Positions 18,204 through 27,261 of a stretch of 64,000 nt of DNA are shown here, piece after piece (within the stretch, counting starts at the first letter, position 1; each line of letters starts with the position of its first letter). The notes under the pieces are model-generated. The model was given only the letters and a program-made list of their open reading frames with translations, ran no database searches and was not told where the DNA came from. The DNA is from an uncultured Actinomycetes bacterium (GTDB lineage Bacteria > Actinomycetota > Acidimicrobiia > IMCC26256 > JACDBD01), in NCBI GenBank assembly GCA_963836445.1, contig CAWIJM010000027.1, positions 13,163 to 77,162 on the forward strand. The letters are read 5' to 3'. Made by a program: the position numbers and the translations under genes.

Positions 18204-19214
18204 ATGCCGGATGCCATGCTGGCGTCGGCGAAGTCCAACGACTTCGCCTCGATCGACGTTCCTCTCTGGGCGTGGGCGGCGCTGATCGCCGCCATCGCGG
18301 CCCTACTCTTCGCCGACCTCCTGATCGTCCATCGGCGCCCGCATGTCATCAGCATGCGCGAAGCAGCACTCGAGAGCAGCGTGTGGATCGCGCTCGGCGT
18401 GTCATTCACTGCGATCGTCGCCATCACGGCAGGTGCGACGGCGGCGGGGGAGTACATGGCCGGGTACCTGATCGAGAAGAGCTTGTCGGTCGACAACGTC
18501 TTCGTCTGGGCGGTCCTGCTCACATACTTCGCGGTGCCGCGCGAATACCAGTTCCGAGTGTTGTTCTGGGGCATCTTCGGCGCCTTGATCATGAGGGCGC
18601 TGTTCATCTTCGGCGGGATCGCCGTGCTCGAGCGTTTCGAGTGGGTGCTCTATCTCTTCGGCGCGTTCCTCGTCTTCACCGCGGTCCGAATCGCGCGTCA
18701 CCGAGAGACCGAGGTTCATCCCGAGCGAAATCCGGTTCTGCGCCTCACTCGCCGGATCATTCCCTCGACATCCGATTATGTGGGCCAGAGGCTCTTCACC
18801 CGCCAGACGGGTCGCCTCCTGGCGACGCCGTTGTTCGTGGTGCTCGTGCTCATCGAGACCACCGATGTGGTCTTCGCCGTCGACTCCGTGCCCGCGATCC
18901 TCGCCGTCAGCCGAGAGCCGTTCATCGTGTTCTCCTCGAACGCCTTCGCGATCCTCGGCCTCCGGGCCCTCTACTTCCTGCTCGCAGGGATGGCCGGACG
19001 CTTCCGGTACCTGAATATCGGCCTCGGTGTGATCCTCGGTTTCGTCGGCATCAAGATGCTGATCACCGACGTGTACCACCTGCCACTCTGGCTCTCGCTC
19101 GGCGTCATCGCGTCCGCCCTCGCCGTCTCGGTGCTCGCGTCGCTGCGCGCCGAGCGGCGCGAACGCGCGAAGGCGACGGCACAAGGTGACGCTACGCCGC
19201 AGACCCCGGGATAG
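18204..19214 (+). CDS. TerC/Alx family integral membrane protein
   Basis: 336 aa; EYMAGYLIEKSLSVDNVFVW...IETTDVVFAVDSVPAILAVS...FSSNAFAILGLRALYF, TerC signature repeats. Confidence 0.9.
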   Translation: MPDAMLASAKSNDFASIDVPLWAWAALIAAIAALLFADLLIVHRRPHVISMREAALESSVWIALGVSFTAIVAITAGATAAGEYMAGYLIEKSLSVDNVFVWAVLLTYFAVPREYQFRVLFWGIFGALIMRALFIFGGIAVLERFEWVLYLFGAFLVFTAVRIARHRETEVHPERNPVLRLTRRIIPSTSDYVGQRLFTRQTGRLLATPLFVVLVLIETTDVVFAVDSVPAILAVSREPFIVFSSNAFAILGLRALYFLLAGMAGRFRYLNIGLGVILGFVGIKMLITDVYHLPLWLSLGVIASALAVSVLASLRAERRERAKATAQGDATPQTPG

Positions 19215-19221
19215 GAGCGAG

Positions 19222-19671
19222 ATGACAGAAGGAACCATCGTGGTCGGGGTGGACGGGTCGACCGGCTCCCGCCGAGCGCTCGGGTGGGCGTCGGAGGAGG
19301 CCAGGCTTCGTGACACGCGTCTGCGGGTCGTCTTCGCGTGGACGTACCTCGATCAGCCGGAGGGCGGCTTCGACGCGGCCTACGGCGAGGCCGAAGTCCG
19401 CGCGCGCCTCGATCAGATCCTCAACGAGGCACGGAACGACGGCATCGTCGAGGACCTCGAGCGCGTCGTCGTCTGCGACCTTCCCGCCCACGCGTTGCTC
19501 GACGCCGCGCGGGGCGCGGACCTTCTCGTCGTCGGGTCGCGTGGCGTCGGGGGGTTCCGGGGGCTACTGCTCGGTTCGGTGGGTCAGCAGGTGGTGCAGC
19601 ACGCGCAGTGTCCCGTCGTCGTGGTCCCCGGCGACGAACGTCCCTCGCCACCGAACGCCTCAGGGGCGTGA
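19222..19671 (+). CDS. Universal stress protein (UspA family)
   Basis: IVVGVDGSTGSRRALGWA...ADLLVVGSRGVGGFRGLLLGSVGQQVVQHAQCPVVVV. Confidence 0.85.
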   Translation: MTEGTIVVGVDGSTGSRRALGWASEEARLRDTRLRVVFAWTYLDQPEGGFDAAYGEAEVRARLDQILNEARNDGIVEDLERVVVCDLPAHALLDAARGADLLVVGSRGVGGFRGLLLGSVGQQVVQHAQCPVVVVPGDERPSPPNASGA

Positions 19672-20115
19672 CTCGTCCGCCGCTCGCCGGCGTGAGGCCA
19701 GGTAGCCGCCGAGCATGCCGAGGGCGGTGGAGATGACGAGGAATCCGAACAGCTGCCCGGGACGGAACACGGGGTCGCGTCCGGTCACCAGCCCCTGGTT
19801 GTCGTCGCGGGTCACCCAGATCAGCAGACGGACCGGGAGCCACACGACGAACGCACCGAGACCGGCGAGGGCGCCGTTCGTCAGCGGCGCGACGCGGGCG
19901 AGGCGGGCGGCGTAACCGCCGGCGGGTACGAACGCGAGCGCGATCAGCAGCGCGAGGAGGACGCGCCAACCCGAGTCCTCGAAGTCGTCGATCGCGCGGT
20001 CGAGGAGGGCGCCGACGATCGTGATCGGGATGATCAGCGCCAAGCCGAGCAGCGCGCCTCGGATCACCGCGGGCCAGCGGACGGCTGCTCGGGTGTCGGT
20101 CTCGGGCGCGGTCAC
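19660..20115 (-). CDS. Hypothetical integral membrane protein
   Basis: 151 aa from GTG 20115; four hydrophobic helices (ALLGLALIIPITIVGALL, VLLALLIALAFVPAGGY, ALAGLGAFVVWLPVRLLIW, LFGFLVISTALGMLGGYL); the upstream ORF part is Arg-rich noise. Confidence 0.5.
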   Translation of the reverse strand: MTAPETDTRAAVRWPAVIRGALLGLALIIPITIVGALLDRAIDDFEDSGWRVLLALLIALAFVPAGGYAARLARVAPLTNGALAGLGAFVVWLPVRLLIWVTRDDNQGLVTGRDPVFRPGQLFGFLVISTALGMLGGYLASRRRAADESRP

Positions 20116-20129
20116 GGCACGATCTTGCC

Positions 20130-21461
20130 TCAAGCCTCCGCCGGGACCTGCTCGCGCTCGCGCACCAGCTCGGAGACGCCGGTGCGGAACCCGTCGCGGA
20201 CGAGCGGCCTGACGTAGCGCCGCTGCTGGAACATCACGATGGCCGCGAGCACGAGGTACAGGATGCCGATGCCGATCCGCTCGACGGCACGCAACCCGTC
20301 GGGCAGGACGCCGCCGAGGACGAACTGCGTCAGGAAGAGGGCCATGAGCGCCAGTGCCTCCCGCACGCTGATCGACCGGTTCGTGAGCACCGCAACTGCG
20401 AAGATCGACTGCGCGGCGGTGAGGAAGAGCTCTTCCCGCTGAAGCGCGTCGATCGGCAGGCCGCTCAGCGCGCCAGCGGAGATCGAGAAGACGAGCGGCA
20501 ACGTGCCGACGAGCAGCGTCCACTGGTTCACTTTCGACGACACCAGCGCACCGAGCCCGGCGTTGGTGTTGAGCCGCCAGGCGAACAGCCCCGCGACGAG
20601 CAGCTCCGGCGCCTCGGAGGCCAGCGGTGCCACCCACTGCACGAGCAGGAACGTGTCGATCCCGAATTGCTCGCCGGTCTTGACGAGCGAGTCGGCGAAG
20701 GGCTCGGCCGAGATGAGGATCACTGCGGCCGAGCCGAACAGCATCAGCGCGACGACGGCCCTCCGTGTGGCCGTCGGGAGCCGGCCGATGAGCTCGGCCG
20801 GGCCGACGAGGTGTGGCTCCTCCGCCGGCGCCCGGCTGATCCGCACCGCGTACCAGACGAAGAGCCCCACGAGGAGCACGGTGTCGACGGGGCTGAGCGT
20901 GCGCTTCAGCGGCAGTGTGAGCGAATAGATGGAGGCGACGGCGAGGAACGCGATCTCGATCGCGTGCGGCCGATCGAGGGTCACGTCGGTCTCGAGCGGC
21001 CCCGTGTAGCCCTGCGTCCGGGCGATGCGAGTGATCCGCCAGGCGGCGAGGAGCACCACCAAGGACCAGCCGATCCCGATCAGGAGGCGGTTGCCGCCGG
21101 TCATGTTGGCGAGCGCGAGCGGCGCGTACTTGTCCGGGTCCTCACCGGCCTTCAACGCGAACGTGAAGTCGACGGCGTACTCGGGCAGTACGGCAATCAG
21201 CGCGAGCACCGCCAGGGCCAACCCCTGCGAGATGTCGAGCTGGAGCGCTTCGGCTCCCCAGGCGAGCAGGAACGCGGCTCCCACGACGCCCAGCCCGAAC
21301 ACCACCGCCGCCAGCCACTCGGGCGGCGCGGCGCCGCTGAGCCGGGTGAGGATCGCAGGCGTGGTCAGCGCCGTCGCACCCAGGATCGGGATCAACTGGC
21401 GGCGTGGGTGTCCCGACGCCGGGCGGGCCGCGTCGAGCACCGGGGGAGGGATCCGCGCCAT
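20130..21461 (-). CDS. Cation/Ca2+ exchanger (CaCA family) membrane protein
   Basis: 443 aa from ATG 21461; two internal repeats with LIAVLPEYAV.. and WVAPLASEAPELLVAG motifs; about 10 TM helices. Confidence 0.7.
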   Translation of the reverse strand: MARIPPPVLDAARPASGHPRRQLIPILGATALTTPAILTRLSGAAPPEWLAAVVFGLGVVGAAFLLAWGAEALQLDISQGLALAVLALIAVLPEYAVDFTFALKAGEDPDKYAPLALANMTGGNRLLIGIGWSLVVLLAAWRITRIARTQGYTGPLETDVTLDRPHAIEIAFLAVASIYSLTLPLKRTLSPVDTVLLVGLFVWYAVRISRAPAEEPHLVGPAELIGRLPTATRRAVVALMLFGSAAVILISAEPFADSLVKTGEQFGIDTFLLVQWVAPLASEAPELLVAGLFAWRLNTNAGLGALVSSKVNQWTLLVGTLPLVFSISAGALSGLPIDALQREELFLTAAQSIFAVAVLTNRSISVREALALMALFLTQFVLGGVLPDGLRAVERIGIGILYLVLAAIVMFQQRRYVRPLVRDGFRTGVSELVREREQVPAEA

Positions 21462-21586
21462 CCCGCGGATCCTACGGCCCGCCTCCGAACCGCCCGGGGA
21501 GGGGGTTTTCGGCGCGATCCGAGGGGAATAACGACTGAATCGCCAAGGGTTGAACCATTGTCCCTGGGACCCTCGCCGGGGAAGAG

Positions 21587-21832
21587 GTGCTGAAAGCCAT
21601 GAATCTGTCCTGGCGTCAACAGGCTCGCTGCCGCGGCGTCGATCCCGGCGTCTTCTATCCCGTCTCCGACGAGGACGAGGCGTCCGAGGCGAAGGAGATC
21701 TGCGCAGAGTGTCCGGTGCGTGAGCCGTGCCTCGAGTACGCCCTGACCGTGCGCGAGAAGCACGGCGTCTGGGGAGGCCGCACCGAGCGCGAGCGCAGGC
21801 GTCTCGTCCGGCAGCGGCGCAAGTCCGCGTAG
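21587..21832 (+). CDS. WhiB family transcriptional regulator (Fe-S)
   Basis: WRQQARCRGVDPGVFYP...AKEICAECPVREPCLEYAL...HGVWGGRTERERR: four Cys and the GVWGG turn; the start may be ATG 21599. Confidence 0.85.
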   Translation: MLKAMNLSWRQQARCRGVDPGVFYPVSDEDEASEAKEICAECPVREPCLEYALTVREKHGVWGGRTERERRRLVRQRRKSA

Positions 21833-21877
21833 CGCCCTCAGCCGAAAGATCGGTACCGGCCGGTAGCATCGTCGGTC

Positions 21878-23044
21878 GTGGATTTCGAGCTCTCCGACGA
21901 GCTCGCCGAGCTCCAGGCCACGGTTCGCAAGTTGGCGCAGGAACGTGTCGCGCCCCGTGCCCGCGAGATCGACGAGAGCGAGCGGTACCCGGACGACCTG
22001 TTCGCGCTCTTCGTCGACGCCGGCCTCACCGGCCTGTGCATCCCCGAGGAGTACGGCGGCAGCGGCGCCGGCATCCTCGGCCTGACGATCGCCATCGAGG
22101 AGGTCGCGAAGTACTCGAACGCGGCCTCGCTCATGCTGCTGCTGACGCGCCTGCCGACCGGGCCCGTGATGATCGCCGGGACCCCCGAGCAGAACCAGCA
22201 GTACGTCCGACCGGTCGCGACGGGTGAGGCCCGCGCCGCGTTCGGCCTGTCGGAACCCCAGGCGGGCAGCGACGTGATGGGCATGCGCACCCGCGCTGTG
22301 CGCGACGGTGACGACTGGGTCCTCACCGGCACGAAATGCTGGATGTCGGGTGTCCGCCAAGCTGATTGGTACTGCGTCTTCGCCAAGAGCGGCGCCGTCG
22401 ACTCGCGTGCTCACGACAGCGTCAGCGCGTTCATCGTCGAGCGGTCGTGGCCCGGCGTCGACGTCGGACGCGTGGATCGCAAGATGGGTGTCAAGGGTGT
22501 CGACACGGGCGAGCTCGTCCTCGACGGCGTGCGCGTGCCGCCCGAGAACGTGATCGGCGAGATCGGTGGTTTCCGGCTCGCCATGCTCGGCCTCAACTCG
22601 ATGCGGCCGATCGTGGCCGCGCGCGGGATCGGGCTCGCCGAAGGGGCGCTGATGTACGCGGTCGAGTACGTCAAGCAGCGCGAGGCGTTCGGGCAGACGA
22701 TCGCCGACTTCCAAGGGATCCAGTGGAAGATCGCCGAGCTCGCCGCCGAGATCGAAGCCGCCCGCCTGCTCACCTACCGCGCCGCGTGGATGGCCGACCG
22801 CAGCCTGTTCACCAAGGAGTACGTCCCGTTCTTGTCGATGGCGAAGTACTACGCGACCGAGCTGGCGGTGAAGGTCTCGGGGGAGGCCCTCCAGATGCTC
22901 GGCGCCGCCGGTTACATGGAAGACCATCTCACGGAGCTGTACTACCGGGACGCCAAGCAACTCACGATCGTCGAGGGCACGACCCAGGTGCAGCTCGGGC
23001 TCATCGCGCGTGGCGTCCTCGACCATGATCTGTGGTGGGATTGA
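21878..23044 (+). CDS. Acyl-CoA dehydrogenase (short/medium-chain type)
   Basis: 388 aa; FGLSEPQAGSDVMGMRTRA...WVLTGTKCWMSG...FGQTIADFQGIQWKIAEL...LTIVEGTTQVQ (catalytic Glu motif). Confidence 0.9.
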   Translation: MDFELSDELAELQATVRKLAQERVAPRAREIDESERYPDDLFALFVDAGLTGLCIPEEYGGSGAGILGLTIAIEEVAKYSNAASLMLLLTRLPTGPVMIAGTPEQNQQYVRPVATGEARAAFGLSEPQAGSDVMGMRTRAVRDGDDWVLTGTKCWMSGVRQADWYCVFAKSGAVDSRAHDSVSAFIVERSWPGVDVGRVDRKMGVKGVDTGELVLDGVRVPPENVIGEIGGFRLAMLGLNSMRPIVAARGIGLAEGALMYAVEYVKQREAFGQTIADFQGIQWKIAELAAEIEAARLLTYRAAWMADRSLFTKEYVPFLSMAKYYATELAVKVSGEALQMLGAAGYMEDHLTELYYRDAKQLTIVEGTTQVQLGLIARGVLDHDLWWD

Positions 23045-23069
23045 CTCCGGCGCACGAACAGAAGCCTCC

Positions 23070-24134
23070 ATGACGACTCCAACTCCTGCCCTCTGGCCTG
23101 ACGTGATCGGCCGACTCCTCCGCCGGGAGGACCTGCCGATCGAGCTGGCCGAGCAGGCCATGGCCACGATCCTCGCCGGCGAGGCGACCGATGCCCAGAT
23201 CGCCGGCTTCGCCGTCGCGCTCCGCGCCAAGGGTGAGACCTCGGGCGAGCTGGCGGCGCTGACCCGCACGATGCTGCGCTTCGCGCAGACCGTCGACATC
23301 CCGCTCGACGGGCCGGGCGGGCCCGTGGTCGACACGTGCGGCACCGGCGGCGACCGTTCGGGCACCGTCAACATCTCGACGCTCGCGGCGCTCGTCGTCG
23401 CGGGTGCGGGAGTGCGGGTCGCCAAGCACGGCAACCGCGCCGCGTCGTCGGCGTGCGGCTCGGCGGACATCCTCGAGGAGCTCGGCGTGGTGATCGACCT
23501 CGGGCCGACGGGCGTTGCCCGCTGCGTCGACGAGGCCGGCATCGGGTTCTGCTTCGCGCCCAAGTACCACCCCGCGCTGCGGTTCGCGGGCCCGGCGCGT
23601 CGTGAGCTCGGGACGCCTACGACGTTCAACTTCCTCGGGCCGCTCGCGAACCCGGCCGGCGTCCGCCGCCGCGTCCTGGGCGTGTCGGACCCGTCGATGG
23701 CCGAGCGCATGACGCACACCCTCGCCGAGCTCGGCGTCGAGCGGGCGATGGTGTTCTGCGGAGGCGACGGCCTCGACGAGCTCACGACGACGACCGTTTC
23801 GAACGTGTGGGAGCTCACGAACGGCTCCGTGCGCGCCTCGACCCTCGACCCCGCTGACTACGGGATCCCGGTCGCCGAACCCGACGAGATCGTCGGCGGC
23901 GACGCTGCCGCCAACGTCGCGATCGCCGAGCGTATGCTCGGCGGCGAGCCCGGTCCGGTCCGCGACGTCGTGGCGCTCAACGCGGCCGCCGCGCTCGTGG
24001 TCGCCGACGCTGCCCCCGATCTCGCCGCCGGGCTCGAGCTGGCGATCGCGGCCATCGAATCGGGGAAGGCCGCCGCGGTCCTGGAGACGTTCGTGCTCAC
24101 GAGCAAGGCGGCGCACGCCGCCGGCGAAGGCTGA
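23070..24134 (+). CDS. trpD: Anthranilate phosphoribosyltransferase
   Basis: DTCGTGGDRSGTVNISTLAALVVAGAGVRVAKHGNRAASSACGSADILEELG...FCFAPKYHPA...TTFNFLGPLANP. Confidence 0.92.
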   Translation: MTTPTPALWPDVIGRLLRREDLPIELAEQAMATILAGEATDAQIAGFAVALRAKGETSGELAALTRTMLRFAQTVDIPLDGPGGPVVDTCGTGGDRSGTVNISTLAALVVAGAGVRVAKHGNRAASSACGSADILEELGVVIDLGPTGVARCVDEAGIGFCFAPKYHPALRFAGPARRELGTPTTFNFLGPLANPAGVRRRVLGVSDPSMAERMTHTLAELGVERAMVFCGGDGLDELTTTTVSNVWELTNGSVRASTLDPADYGIPVAEPDEIVGGDAAANVAIAERMLGGEPGPVRDVVALNAAAALVVADAAPDLAAGLELAIAAIESGKAAAVLETFVLTSKAAHAAGEG

Positions 24135-24138
24135 CGCG

Positions 24139-24858
24139 GTGGGAAAGGCGATCCAGTGCCCGTCGTGCGGGCGCAAGCATCGGGTGTCGGGCCTCCCCGA
24201 CGCGCCGACGTTCAAGTGTGAAGGCTGCGGCAAGCCGCTGAAGATCCCGACGCAGTTTCGCCCGTCGGTCATGGCGTCGTCGCGACACGTCCGCCCCGTT
24301 GATTCGCCCCACCCCGAGTCGACCGCCGTCCTGCCGCCGCGCCCGACCCGGGCGGCGGCGCCCGTAGCGGCGGCCGCGCCCGCGGCGGCCGCACCGGCGG
24401 CGGCACGTGCAGCCAAGGTGCCCCGCCCGGTTGCCGGCACTGCTCCGAAGAACGAAACGGTGGCCCGTCCACTGCGGGTGCTGGCGTGGGTGGTCGCCCT
24501 CGCGCTCGGTCTGGTCGTCACGCTCTGGGTCGCTCGGATCACCGGCTGGCTGAGCGGCGACCGGCTCGTCGACGTGTTCATCCAAACCGGATTCACGCGT
24601 TACATCCGCGTGATCGCGATCGCCCCGGTCTGGGCGCTGTTCACGACGCTCTTGCTGACATTGTTCCTCGAAGGCGGGCGCACGCTGGCGCGGCGGCGGG
24701 CCGAGAAGCGCGCCGCGGGGGACAGCTCGCAACGGGGCGGGCGGCGCGGCGAGCCCGAACCCTTCGACGACGGCTACGGCGACGCAACCGGCGCGTACCG
24801 CGGGGCGGCAGATCGGCAGCGGGCGCGACGTGCCCCCGCCCCGCGAGGCGGACCGTAG
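24139..24858 (+). CDS. Zinc-ribbon membrane protein, hypothetical
   Basis: GTG start; N-terminal CPSCGRKH..x13..CEGCGKP zinc ribbon, Ala/Pro-rich linker, then 3 TM helices (LRVLAWVVALALGLVVTLWVA; IRVIAIAPVWALFTTLLLTLFL). Confidence 0.55.
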   Translation: MGKAIQCPSCGRKHRVSGLPDAPTFKCEGCGKPLKIPTQFRPSVMASSRHVRPVDSPHPESTAVLPPRPTRAAAPVAAAAPAAAAPAAARAAKVPRPVAGTAPKNETVARPLRVLAWVVALALGLVVTLWVARITGWLSGDRLVDVFIQTGFTRYIRVIAIAPVWALFTTLLLTLFLEGGRTLARRRAEKRAAGDSSQRGGRRGEPEPFDDGYGDATGAYRGAADRQRARRAPAPRGGP

Positions 24859-24943
24859 GGGCACGAAGCCGTACACTTCCCAGTCCGGTACGAGCGCGTC
24901 GCCGACGGTCGTCGCTGCTCGAGCGGAGTCCGGGACGGCGGCG

Positions 24944-25204
24944 ATGGAGGAGCCAATGGCGGTGCGGTACCGCTGCGGTGCGTGCGGGAACCTCACCCGC
25001 TTCGACGTCATCACGACCCGGCGGACGAGCGCGTTCCACCACTACAGCGTGGGTGGTGACCTGACCGTCGAGGACGAGCAGCTGCTCGAGGAGAACGTCG
25101 AGCGGGTGACGTGCCGGTGGTGTGGCGCCAGTGGCGACAGCATCGAGAAACTCGAAGGGTCGCCGACCACCGCCGACGCCGCGTCCCCGGCCGAGCCCGC
25201 GTGA
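24944..25204 (+). CDS. Small CxxC...CxxC zinc-ribbon protein, hypothetical
   Basis: MEEPMAVRYRCGACGNLTRFDV...VTCRWCGASGDSIEKL; good GC3; start ATG 24944 or 24956. Confidence 0.5.
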   Translation: MEEPMAVRYRCGACGNLTRFDVITTRRTSAFHHYSVGGDLTVEDEQLLEENVERVTCRWCGASGDSIEKLEGSPTTADAASPAEPA

Positions 25205-25220
25205 GGGCGGAGGGTTGGCG

Positions 25221-25640
25221 CTACTCGCCGAGTAGCTGGATGACGACCTTGCGGCTGCGCGGGCGGTCGTCGAAATCGATGCAGACGACCTTCTGCCAAA
25301 CCCCGACCTGGAGCGCACCGGCCCGGAACGGGATCGTCACGGACGGCCCGATCAGTGCGGCACGCACGTGGCTGTGGCCGTTGGTGTCGGCGTTGCGTGC
25401 GTTGTGCTCCCAGGGACGATCCTGGGGAGCGACGCCCTCGAGGACGGCGTTGAGGTCGGCGTTGCACCCCGGCTCGTGCTCGATGGTCGTCATGCCGCAG
25501 GTCGAGTGGGCGACGAACACGGTGCAGAGACCGTCGGCCAGTCCGGCGTTGTCGATGACCTTCTGGGCGTACGGGGTGACGTCGAGCATGTCGCCGTCGC
25601 CTTGCGTGTCGAGGGTGACTTCCTCGTACCGTGAACGCAT
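25221..25640 (-). CDS. YjbQ/UPF0047 family protein (secondary thiamine-phosphate synthase)
   Basis: 139 aa; LCTVFVAHSTCGMTTIEHEPG...WEHNARNADTNGHSHVRAALIGPS..IPF..G.LQVGVWQKVVCIDFD. Confidence 0.85.
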   Translation of the reverse strand: MRSRYEEVTLDTQGDGDMLDVTPYAQKVIDNAGLADGLCTVFVAHSTCGMTTIEHEPGCNADLNAVLEGVAPQDRPWEHNARNADTNGHSHVRAALIGPSVTIPFRAGALQVGVWQKVVCIDFDDRPRSRKVVIQLLGE

Positions 25641-25721
25641 GCCACTCCTTCGCCGCCGGCCATCCGGCTTCGGCGCGTCAGTCTACGGGCCGGTCCCACG
25701 ACGAGCATCTCGAGGGTCGCG

Positions 25722-27200
25722 GTGACGGCCGGCGAGCGGACGTCGACCCCGCCGGAGCGGGTGTCACGGCCGCCCGTGCCCGAGTCACTGCTCATCCCGC
25801 TGCTCGACACCGCGGGCGAGATGCTTCGCACGCTCGACCCGACCGAGATTCCGCCGATCCTGCGGCCCGTTGCCGAGTTCGACCGTCGCGGCCTGGCGCG
25901 CGGCGCAGCGCGCCAGCAGCTGCTGCGTGCGCTCGAGGCCGAGCCCGATTTTCGCGACCGCGCGGTGGAGCAGTTCCTGATGCGTCCCGACGTGTCCGAA
26001 GCGCTCGAGACGTGGGACGCCGACAACGCGTTCGCACTCGTGAGCGACGCAAGCGACGAATCCACCCTGCCGGTTCTCGCGTCGGCGCTGTACGCGGCGC
26101 GCCCGTCGGGATGGACGTTCGGGCTCGGGGTCGCGTGTGCTGCGTTCGAGCGCCTGCGGCTCGAGCGGCAGGCGGGTGACGATGACCGCGCCCGTGAGTC
26201 GCAGGTCGCGGGCTTGGCGGAGTCACGCCGACGAGCCGAGGCCGCCCGGGTCTCGGCCGAACAGAGGGCGGAGCACGTCGAGCGTCAGTTGCGCGAGGAA
26301 CGGCAGAGCCGGCGTGACCGGGACGCCCTCGCCAACCAGAGGGTAGCCGCCGCCGAGCGGAAGGCTACCGAGATCGAACACGAGATCGCGGAGGCGCGCT
26401 CGGCGGTCGACGCCGCCGATGCGCGCCTCGAACAGGAGACGAGCCGGGCCCGCAAGGTCGACGAGGAGATACACGAGTTGCGGCGCGCCGTGAAGGAGGC
26501 CGAAGTCAAGGTGCGCGCCGCGGACGCCGGCTTGCCCGTGCTGCGACGCGATGACCTACGCGCGCTGGTCGACGCCGCCGATATCGCCCAACGGCTGGCG
26601 ACCGGGCTGAGCGGGGTGGCGGACCAGGCCCGCCGGGTGCTGGAACGGAACAACTCGGACGACACGTCACCGCCCGACGACTTGGCGCCGGACGGCGGCA
26701 CCGACAGAGAGAAGGAAAAGAAGGAGAAGAACGAGCGGGAGCCGCGGCCGCGCCGCGCCCACCCCCGGGTGCCGCCCGGCATGGTGGACGACGACCCCGA
26801 CGCGCTCGACGCCATGCTGCGGACGCCCCGCGCCTTGCTCGTCGTGGACGGCTACAACGTGTCGATGCTGGCCTGGGGTGACGCCCCGCCGGCTCAGCAG
26901 CGCGACCGCCTGTTGAGCGCGATCTCGGAACTGCAGCTCCGGACGCGCGCCCGGGTGATCCTGGTCTTCGACGGCGCCGACGTCGGCGGGGTCCTCCCGC
27001 CGCGGCGTCCGGGCGTCCGGGTCGTGTTCTCGCCCGAGGGCGAGGAGGCCGACGCGGTCGTCGTGCGCCAGGCCGCGGACCTCCCCGTCGAGGTGCCGGT
27101 GGTCGTCGCATCGTCCGACGGCTGGGTCGAGGAGCATGCCCGGGAATCCGGCGCCCACGTCGTGTCGTCGGAGACGTTGCTGCGGGCGCTCCGCCGCTAG
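25722..27200 (+). CDS. Coiled-coil protein with C-terminal NYN/YacP-like (PIN-like) nuclease domain
   Basis: C-terminus ALLVVDGYNVSMLAWG...RARVILVFDGADVG...VRVVFSPEGEEADAVV...VVVASSDGWV; central ~150 aa is E/R/A-rich heptad-like; EKEKKEKNE low-complexity spacer. Confidence 0.7.
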   Translation: MTAGERTSTPPERVSRPPVPESLLIPLLDTAGEMLRTLDPTEIPPILRPVAEFDRRGLARGAARQQLLRALEAEPDFRDRAVEQFLMRPDVSEALETWDADNAFALVSDASDESTLPVLASALYAARPSGWTFGLGVACAAFERLRLERQAGDDDRARESQVAGLAESRRRAEAARVSAEQRAEHVERQLREERQSRRDRDALANQRVAAAERKATEIEHEIAEARSAVDAADARLEQETSRARKVDEEIHELRRAVKEAEVKVRAADAGLPVLRRDDLRALVDAADIAQRLATGLSGVADQARRVLERNNSDDTSPPDDLAPDGGTDREKEKKEKNEREPRPRRAHPRVPPGMVDDDPDALDAMLRTPRALLVVDGYNVSMLAWGDAPPAQQRDRLLSAISELQLRTRARVILVFDGADVGGVLPPRRPGVRVVFSPEGEEADAVVVRQAADLPVEVPVVVASSDGWVEEHARESGAHVVSSETLLRALRR

Positions 27201-27261
27201 CAACCGGCGAGCAGGCCGCGGCCCGCCGTTCGCTGTCATACCCCGCGGTCATACTCACCCC

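Noticed and set aside
21392-23818. 808-aa minus-strand ORF
   Set aside because: It is antisense shadow of WhiB, the ACAD gene and trpD, with no protein-like segments.
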